A stretch of DNA of 64,000 nucleotides from assembly GCA_965224705.1 (NCBI GenBank), contig OZ245056.1, positions 1,888,001 to 1,952,000 of the forward strand, in the 5' to 3' direction. Positions 57,733 through 64,000 of the stretch are shown piece by piece. Origin of the DNA: Spirochaetaceae bacterium (lineage in GTDB: Bacteria > Spirochaetota > Spirochaetia > DSM-2461). Position 1 is the stretch's first letter; each line of letters starts with the position of its first letter. Under the pieces are notes generated by a model that saw only the letters and a program-made list of their open reading frames with translations, searched no databases and was not told the DNA's origin. The position numbers and the translations under genes are program-made.

Positions 57733-59702
57733 CCGAAGTTTTTGGCGAAGAAGTTAGTAATTCTCTATCAAAAAAAGATTTACAAATAAATTCTGTGTTG
57801 TTTACTGCTTACACCTCCCTATTCGCATGGGATTGTACTGTACGTTTAGCAACTCAAATACCTTTGTATGAAAAGGATTTAACTCACTTCCCTGCGAGTA
57901 GCAGGGGGCGTTATCCACGGCAGGTCGAATGTCGATGATGGCTACAGCCGAAAGAGAATCAATAAGGGATCGAAAGCTCATCACGGGATATCCTTCTTCG
58001 TTAACTTTATGTTCTGCTTTGTGATTGCCATGAGGTGAACGCAAAGCCTTCCTCACCGGTGAGCTTTGCCTGCTTCTGTCTTGATACTCATCCATAAACA
58101 GCAGAGGTTTGAGTTTTTCCCTCATAGCAAACTCTACGTAATAGGCAAGCAAGCACAGATAAAAGTGCCCTTTAACCCGACTTGCAAGACGATGATGAAT
58201 GGGACGGGCCTGTAGTCCGGCTATTTTCAAGCAGCGAAACACTTCCTCCACTCGTTGAAGATTTTTGTAGTTCTCCACACATTCTGGTGTTTGCATTCTA
58301 TCGCTTTCCACATTGGTACGCAGGATATAAATACCGTCACAGGCCTCTTCCTGTCCGATGGATTCTTCGTTTCGAGAAAACAAAAAGTCATCGTCCCTGA
58401 TCTCTACATTGAAATGCTTGCCCATTTTATACTTTCCAATAATTCGGCCATAGCGTTCGGCAATCTTCACTTTGCCCCGTAAAGCTCTTTTTCCCCTTCT
58501 TGCGGCTTTCTGGATGGCCCATAATTTATCTTCTGCTGCACTCAACAGTTCCCGCCGTTTGTTCCTGCGTTCCTGAGCAAGATAAGGATTGCGGCACACG
58601 ATAAGCCGTTCGCCGGGAAAGTCTTCGCTGTGTATTTCCCATAAATCCGTTTCATCAAAGAGTTCCGGGGTAATACTCTGGGCAGTAACCAATTTCTTGA
58701 CCGCTGGAGCACTCAAGGCTCCAAGCCATCTTATCCAATCCCCATTGTCAAGCATCTCTTCTTTAATGTTTTTGGCTGTAACCATTCCCCGATCACCGAC
58801 AAACACTATTGATTTGCCCAGCTTCCTTAACTTTTCAAGCTGCTCTGCTACGGTAGTGCCGTCACTTCTATTGCCCTTAAATACTTGAGCTCCAACCGGA
58901 ACGCCGTATCGATTTGTCATGACACCTAACTCTATTTGCCGTTTACCCCTTTTCCCGTCCCGGCTATATCCGTATTCGGCAAGTGAACAGTGAGAACCTT
59001 CATACCAAAAGGAACTCAAGTCGTACAGCAAGATCGTATCATCCTTGAGATGACGGTTTCTTAATCGCTGTTCAATACTTCCCCACTGCTCTTCCAGATT
59101 ATCAAGTGCTCCGTAAAGATCAGCAGGCTTGACTTCTCCCAGACCAAGAATGCGGTTCAAAGAGCTATGTGTATTCTTTTCATCAAGAGCATAAGCGGTC
59201 GCAAGCTTTGATGCAGGGTGAATAATCCTCTGGGCGATCATTGCCTTAATCAGCATCAGGTTATCAGGAGACACACCTTTAAGAAGACTCTCTATGTTGA
59301 GTTGTTTCATGGTTTGAATGATGGCCAGAGAGTGTCCGTGGGCGTAGGATCGTTCAATCGTGAACATTTTATCCGGAGAGATAATTCTTGCTCCCTTAAG
59401 CAGAGCATGAAATCCTTCTCTAATTTCTGCCGGCCAATCAGTGAGATTGGCTATTGTTGTAGTCGTGGGTTTTCCATTGACGCGGGTTGATTTTCGAAGG
59501 AGCCAGCAGCCTGGAGAGTTTCTATTTTTGATATACTGGATATACATGTGCTGTATTATAGCATGTATTATTTATATTTCAAGCTATTAGTAATAGAAAA
59601 ACCCGTATTACATGCGTACATTTTCCGTCTTTTTCAGTGGTATACTCTTGTAACTTTTTTTCAGAAAAAGAAATTAACTGGATTTTGCGCCAAAAACTTC
59701 GG
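57733..59702 (-). mobile_element. IS1634-family insertion sequence (1970 bp)
   Basis: Perfect 15-bp TIR CCGAAGTTTTTGGCG; 6-bp TSD CTTAGA at 57727-57732 and 59703-59708. Confidence 0.92.
57802..59547 (-). CDS. IS1634-family DDE transposase
   Basis: PASKLAT, LYDLSS.WYEG, GYSRDGK, VGDRGM, DGIYILRT, Y..L..VE..FR.LK. Confidence 0.92.
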   Translation of the reverse strand: MYIQYIKNRNSPGCWLLRKSTRVNGKPTTTTIANLTDWPAEIREGFHALLKGARIISPDKMFTIERSYAHGHSLAIIQTMKQLNIESLLKGVSPDNLMLIKAMIAQRIIHPASKLATAYALDEKNTHSSLNRILGLGEVKPADLYGALDNLEEQWGSIEQRLRNRHLKDDTILLYDLSSFWYEGSHCSLAEYGYSRDGKRGKRQIELGVMTNRYGVPVGAQVFKGNRSDGTTVAEQLEKLRKLGKSIVFVGDRGMVTAKNIKEEMLDNGDWIRWLGALSAPAVKKLVTAQSITPELFDETDLWEIHSEDFPGERLIVCRNPYLAQERRNKRRELLSAAEDKLWAIQKAARRGKRALRGKVKIAERYGRIIGKYKMGKHFNVEIRDDDFLFSRNEESIGQEEACDGIYILRTNVESDRMQTPECVENYKNLQRVEEVFRCLKIAGLQARPIHHRLASRVKGHFYLCLLAYYVEFAMREKLKPLLFMDEYQDRSRQSSPVRKALRSPHGNHKAEHKVNEEGYPVMSFRSLIDSLSAVAIIDIRPAVDNAPCYSQGSELNPFHTKVFELLNVQYNPMRIGRCKQ

Positions 59703-59703
59703 C

Positions 59704-59892
59704 TTAGAGCTTCTTGATTTCCGCTTCGCTCAGGCCGGTGGCCTTGATGATGAGTTTCATATCGGCTCCGGCAGCCTTGAAGTTTTTGGCTGTTTGCGTT
59801 TTGCCTTTTTCCATACCTTTTTCCATACCATCATCCCAGGCCTTTTCAAGCTGAGGTCTCATGAGTTCGGTTACATCGGCAACGGGTACCAT
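59704..59892 (-). CDS. Predicted intragenic in-frame small protein (62 aa) of copy C
   Basis: AAGGAGG-N5-ATG with an upstream TTGACA-N16-TATAAT. Confidence 0.65.
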   Translation of the reverse strand: MVPVADVTELMRPQLEKAWDDGMEKGMEKGKTQTAKNFKAAGADMKLIIKATGLSEAEIKKL

Positions 59893-60516
59893 GTTATCCT
59901 CCTTGCCCTCAAAGATTGATATTCTCATTATAGTCCCCTTAAGCAGCTTGTCAACAATCTGCCTGGGAAAACCGGACTCCTTGATTTCATCCTGGCCGGA
60001 TAAACGGTCAATATTCCGACAGAATTCGGATAGAAACACACCATCTGGCCCCGATAGCCGGATGATTTCTATGTTGATGATGTGAATTCTGTACATTCCA
60101 TAGTCGCCGATGAAGTGACCGGGACATGTTTCGGTGAAAGACCCTTTATATTCCCGGATGAATTTTCTGGGGGTTCTGGAACAGATTAACGTGATGGTGG
60201 TATTGCCGTAATTGGCATCCGGGTTTTCTCTGAGGTAGAGATTTGTGTATATGGAGAGGTCGTAGATATCCTGTGCTCTTACGGCATCGCCGTACGATTT
60301 GTAGCTGACCAGATTGTACGGCGCGAAATAGTTGAAGATATCAAATTCTACGCTGGCGGTGTTTTGCTTGATAAGGAGGACATCCAGTTTTTTCGGGTTT
60401 TTGAGCATTTCATGTTCCGTTTCAACCAGATATCCGCAGGAGCCAAAAAATTCCCTTGCCTGTCTTTTGAAAAAGGTGTCCAGGGTAATCTGGGCTCTGG
60501 GGAGTGTCTTTTCCAT
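59704..60516 (-). CDS. Rpn-like PD-(D/E)xK-family protein, copy C (intact)
   Basis: PKKLDVLLIK...NLVSYKS; C-terminal GMEKG..TAKNFK..G.D...IIKATGLS..EI..L typical of Rpn/YhgA-like tails; ATG 60516 (TTG 60567 also possible). Confidence 0.75.
   Translation of the reverse strand: MEKTLPRAQITLDTFFKRQAREFFGSCGYLVETEHEMLKNPKKLDVLLIKQNTASVEFDIFNYFAPYNLVSYKSYGDAVRAQDIYDLSIYTNLYLRENPDANYGNTTITLICSRTPRKFIREYKGSFTETCPGHFIGDYGMYRIHIINIEIIRLSGPDGVFLSEFCRNIDRLSGQDEIKESGFPRQIVDKLLKGTIMRISIFEGKEDNMVPVADVTELMRPQLEKAWDDGMEKGMEKGKTQTAKNFKAAGADMKLIIKATGLSEAEIKKL
59927..59954 (-). promoter_or_regulatory. Intragenic consensus sigma70 promoter, copy C (also at 61083-61110 and 62240-62267)
   Basis: TTGACA AGCTGCTTAAGGGGAC TATAAT. 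Confidence 0.7.
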
Positions 60517-60677
60517 CGTTGACAGGATAACATGATTTCGAAGACCTATCCATACCGGATTTTTCAATCATACAGCGTTGCCGTTCATCACCAGGCCCCG
60601 CATGAAAGCCCCCCTGCATTTTGAGCTTCCCACCTCCGTTGTCTCAAAAAATGTGAAATTTCCTGAAAACGGCACTA

Positions 60678-60774
60678 AACCGCAGAGGACGCAGAGGTAT
60701 GCAGAGAAATATGAGATAAAAACCTGGTCAATAATTACCTTGAACACTCTGCGCTCTCTGCGTCCTCTGCGGTT
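60678..60774. repeat. CGCAGAG palindrome, unit C
   Basis: Same element. Confidence 0.9.
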
Positions 60775-60871
60775 AAAAAAGCATGAATAAGACTTTCATA
60801 ATGTCTCAAAGAATGCGTTAGAGTTTTCTATCGTGATTTGTGAAACGTAACGTTTTGGGAAAGAATACCCC

Positions 60872-61048
60872 TTAGAGCTTCTTGATTTCCGCTTCGCTCA
60901 GGCCGGTGGCCTTGATGATGAGTTTCATATCGGCTCCGGCGGCCTTGAGGCCTTTAGCTGTTTGCGCTACACCTTCACGCTTACCATCATCCCAGGCCTT
61001 TTCAAGCTGAGGTCTCATGAGTTCGGTTACATCGGCAACAGGTACCAT
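60872..61048 (-). CDS. Predicted intragenic small protein (58 aa) of copy D, intact
   Basis: Same promoter/RBS/ATG; variant tail GKREGVAQTAKGL. Confidence 0.6.
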   Translation of the reverse strand: MVPVADVTELMRPQLEKAWDDGKREGVAQTAKGLKAAGADMKLIIKATGLSEAEIKKL

Positions 61049-61673
61049 GTTATCCTCCTTGCCCTCAAAGATTGATATTCTCATTATAGTCCCCTTAAGC
61101 AGCTTGTCAACAATCTGCCTGGGAAAACCGGACTCCTTGATTTCATCCTGGCCGGATAAACGGTCAATATTCCGACAGAATTCGGATAGAAACACACCAT
61201 CTGGCCCCGATAGCCGGATGATTTCTATGTTGATGATGTGAATTCTGTACATTCCATAGTCGCCGATGAAGTGACCGGGACATGTTTCGGTGAAAGACCC
61301 TTTATATTCCCGGATGAATTTTCTGGGGGGTTCTGGAACAGATTAACGTGATGGTGGTATTGCCGTAATTGGCATCCGGGTTTTCTCTGAGGTAGAGATT
61401 TGTGTATATGGAGAGGTCGTAGATATCCTGTGCTCTTACGGCATCGCCGTACGATTTGTAGCTGACCAGATTGTACGGCGCGAAATAGTTGAAGATATCA
61501 AATTCTACGCTGGCGGTGTTTTGCTTGATAAGGAGGACATCCAGTTTTTTCGGGTTTTTGAGCATTTCATGTTCCGTTTCAACCAGATATCCGCAGGAGC
61601 CAAAAAATTCCCTTGCCTGTCTTTTGAAAAAGGTGTCCAGGGTAATCTGGGCTCTGGGGAGTGTCTTTTCCAT
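60872..61673 (-). pseudogene. Rpn-like gene copy D, +1 frameshift in a G run
   Basis: G6 at 61325-61330 versus G5 in copy C; otherwise near-identical to C except in the tail. Confidence 0.8.
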
Positions 61674-61834
61674 CGTTGACAGGATAACATGATTTCGAAG
61701 ACCTATCCATACCGGATTTTTCAATCATACAGCTTTGCCGTTCATCGCCAGGCCCCGTGCGAAAGCCCCCCTGCATTTTGAGCTTCCCACCTCCGTTGTC
61801 TCAAAAAATGTGAAATTTCCTGAAAACGGCACTA

Positions 61835-61931
61835 AACCGCAGAGGACGCAGAGGTACGCAGAGAAATATGAGATAAAAATCTGGTCAATAATCACCTAAA
61901 ACACTCTGCGCTCTCTGCGTCCTCTGCGGTT
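61835..61931. repeat. CGCAGAG palindrome, unit D
   Basis: Same element. Confidence 0.9.
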
Positions 61932-62028
61932 AAAAAAGCATGAATAAGGCTTTCATAATGTCTCAAAGAATGCGTTAGAATTTTCTATCGTGATTTGTGA
62001 AGCGTAACGTTTTGCGAAAGAATACCTC

Positions 62029-62205
62029 TTAGAGCTTCTTGATTTCCGCTTCGCTCAGGCCGGTGGCCTTGATGATGAGTTTCATATCGGCTCCGGCAGC
62101 CTTGAAGTTTTTTGCTGTTTGCATTTTGCCTTTTTCCATACCATCATCCCAGGCCTTTTCAAGCTGAGGTCTCATGAGTTCGGTTACATCGGCAACGGGT
62201 ACCAT
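62029..62205 (-). CDS. Predicted intragenic small protein (58 aa) of copy E
   Basis: Same promoter/RBS/ATG. Confidence 0.6.
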   Translation of the reverse strand: MVPVADVTELMRPQLEKAWDDGMEKGKMQTAKNFKAAGADMKLIIKATGLSEAEIKKL

Positions 62206-62829
62206 GTTATCCTCCTTGCCCTCAAAGATTGATATTCTCATTATAGTCCCCTTAAGCAGCTTGTCAACAATCTGCTTTGGAAAACCGGACTCCTTAATTT
62301 CAGCCTGGCCGGATAAACGGTCAATATTCCGACAGAATTCGGATAGAAACACACCATCTGGCCCCGATAATCGGATGATTTCTATGTTGATGATGTGAAT
62401 TCTATACATTCCATAGTTGCCGATGAAGTGCCCGGAGCATGCTTCGGTGAAAGATTCTTTGTATTCCCGGATGAATTTCCTGGGAGTTCTGGAACAGATG
62501 AGTGTGATGGTGGTATTGCCGTAATTGGCATCCGGGTTTTCTCTGAGGTAGAGATTTGTGTATATGGAAAGATCGTAGATATCCTGTGCTCTCACGGCAT
62601 CGCCGTATGATTTGTAGCTGATCAGATTGTACGGCGCAAAATAGTTGAAGATGTCGAATTCTACGCTGGCAGTCTTTTGCTTGATAAGGAGGACATCCAG
62701 CCTTTTTGGGCTTTTGAGCATTTCGTGCTCCGTTTCAACCAGATATCCGCAGGAGCCGAAGAACTCCCTTGCCTGTCTTTTGAAAAAGGTGTCCAGGGTA
62801 ATCTGGGCTCTGGGGAGTGTCTTTTCCAT
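62029..62829 (-). CDS. Rpn-like PD-(D/E)xK-family protein, copy E (intact)
   Basis: Paralog of C with scattered substitutions. Confidence 0.75.
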   Translation of the reverse strand: MEKTLPRAQITLDTFFKRQAREFFGSCGYLVETEHEMLKSPKRLDVLLIKQKTASVEFDIFNYFAPYNLISYKSYGDAVRAQDIYDLSIYTNLYLRENPDANYGNTTITLICSRTPRKFIREYKESFTEACSGHFIGNYGMYRIHIINIEIIRLSGPDGVFLSEFCRNIDRLSGQAEIKESGFPKQIVDKLLKGTIMRISIFEGKEDNMVPVADVTELMRPQLEKAWDDGMEKGKMQTAKNFKAAGADMKLIIKATGLSEAEIKKL

Positions 62830-62991
62830 CGTTGACAGGATAACATGATTTCGAAGACCTATCCATACCGGATTTTTCAATCAAACAGCGTTGCCATTCA
62901 TCTCCAGGCCCCGCATGAAAGCCCCCCAGCCATTTTGATCTTCCCACCTCCGTTGTCTCAAAAAATGTGAAATTTCCTGAAAACGGCACTA

Positions 62992-63088
62992 AACCGCAGA
63001 GGACGCAGAGGTACGCAGAGAAATATGAGATAAAAATCTGGTCAATAATCACCTAAAACACTCTGCGCTCTCTGCGTCCTCTGCGGTT
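62992..63088. repeat. CGCAGAG palindrome, unit E
   Basis: Same element; unit homology ends near 63170. Confidence 0.9.
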
Positions 63089-63642
63089 AAAAAAGCATGA
63101 ATAAGGCTTTCATAATGTCTCAAAGAATAAGGTAAAATTTTCTATCGTGATTTGTGAAGCGTAACGTCTTGTCCAGCGGGGCAGTTTCGGCCAATACGGT
63201 GATAGCGATAAATTCACTATCAATTTCCACTACGATGACAATGTTCTTCTTCCCACAATACCTGCGGGAACAACCTGTATCAAAGGGAATGTTCTTAGAA
63301 GCACATTTCCTACGGAACTATTCATAAATACGCCTCCAACAGGCACAACCGCACAAACGAGTAAGGAAACAGTTTTTGAATTCGCAACTCAATAATTGTC
63401 GGGTTGAATAAGCCAGTATAACAGTATTTCTGAAATCTCCGGATAATCCCGGCTTGGTTTTACTGAGTTGGGATTTTTCACCGATGATGGAAGGGCCTCT
63501 TGCTTGCAGCAGGGGTGCCTCCTCCCGGTTGGATCGGAGTGGCCTGCTGCTTCAACGGCTTTTTCAGTTGACGATCACATTTCACGGCATTATTTTAGGA
63601 TGGAATGCTTTGGTTATACATTTCTTTAAGAAGGAGCACATT

Positions 63643-64000
63643 GTGAGTAATTCAAAAAAAAGAAATTTCGTCTTCATCGGAATAACAGCCGTCCTGATGG
63701 CAGTAACCTTACTGGCCTGCCCATCACCAGCAAAACCGGATCCTCCAGTTGTTGATACGACAAGCCCGGTTGTCGCGGGAACACCGGAACAGGAACCCAG
63801 GGAGAGTGATTCCACATACAAGGTAGCTCTCAGATTCGCCATTACAGAAGAGAATGCTGTTTCCTATGTGTCCGGTGTCACCGACGCAACATTGAAGGCG
63901 GATCTGGGCACCATCACAGTGGGAGGCACAAATCCCTCGAGTGAGGTGCCGACAATTGACTCGGCCACCCTGGATACTGCCAATAAGAAAATCGTCATTA
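63643..64000 (+). CDS. Lipoprotein, 5' part (runs off the window)
   Basis: AAGGAG RBS, GTG start, MSNSKKRNFVFIGITAVLMAVTLLAC lipobox; frame open to the window end. Confidence 0.75.
   Translation, partial: MSNSKKRNFVFIGITAVLMAVTLLACPSPAKPDPPVVDTTSPVVAGTPEQEPRESDSTYKVALRFAITEENAVSYVSGVTDATLKADLGTITVGGTNPSSEVPTIDSATLDTANKKIVI

Noticed and set aside
59779..59790. 12-bp match (GAAGTTTTTGGC) to the IS1634 TIR inside gene copy C
   Set aside because: It encodes AKNF in the protein; a single short match is plausibly coincidental.
54783..62880. Diversity-generating retroelement or retron
   Set aside because: No intact RT; the RT fragments belong to a group II intron; there is no TR/VR pair with adenine-specific differences.
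55547..63170. CRISPR array or integron cassette array
   Set aside because: Repeats are about 1.16 kb apart and enclose paralogous genes, not unique spacers. There are no cas or intI genes, and the palindrome ends only loosely fit RYYYAAC/GTTRRRY.
48899..63300. Prophage or integrative element at tRNA-Phe
   Set aside because: No integrase, phage genes or att duplication within the window.

Overview
Bacterial chromosomal segment, most likely from a spirochaete (Spirochaetales), judging by the L28 form, BMP/CarD/FliL-like proteins and lipoprotein signal peptides. Positions 1-48.9 kb are mostly housekeeping: DUF1998 helicase, glgC, Na/Pi transporter, pyrDK, rpmB, a PPTase-panBC-coaC-coaB-coaX operon, a nucleoside ABC transporter, carD, xth, tRNA-Lys/Glu, an MMPL-LolA-like-OMP trio, bioYMN, nth, aroA, gap, oppA, a DAHP synthase-prephenate dehydratase fusion, an RNB nuclease and tRNA-Phe. 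Several MITE-like elements are scattered through this part. From 49.0 to 63.3 kb, next to tRNA-Phe, is an accessory region with five components: (i) three mosaic tandem AAA-ATPase/PD-(D/E)xK genes; (ii) an internally deleted group IIC intron inserted precisely into a MITE core, whose empty versions occur elsewhere in the window; (iii) a tandem array of about 1.16-kb units, each with an Rpn-like PD-(D/E)xK gene and a long palindrome; (iv) an IS1634 element; (v) an AT-rich two-gene cassette. The strongest signal is in the Rpn-like genes: each copy that retains its 3' end has an internal TTGACA-N16-TATAAT promoter and an AAGGAGG RBS ahead of an in-frame, variable 58-62 aa C-terminal mini-ORF, which suggests a gene-within-a-gene toxin/antitoxin defence array. 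All assignments come from reading the sequence and ORF track by eye; no database searches were run.
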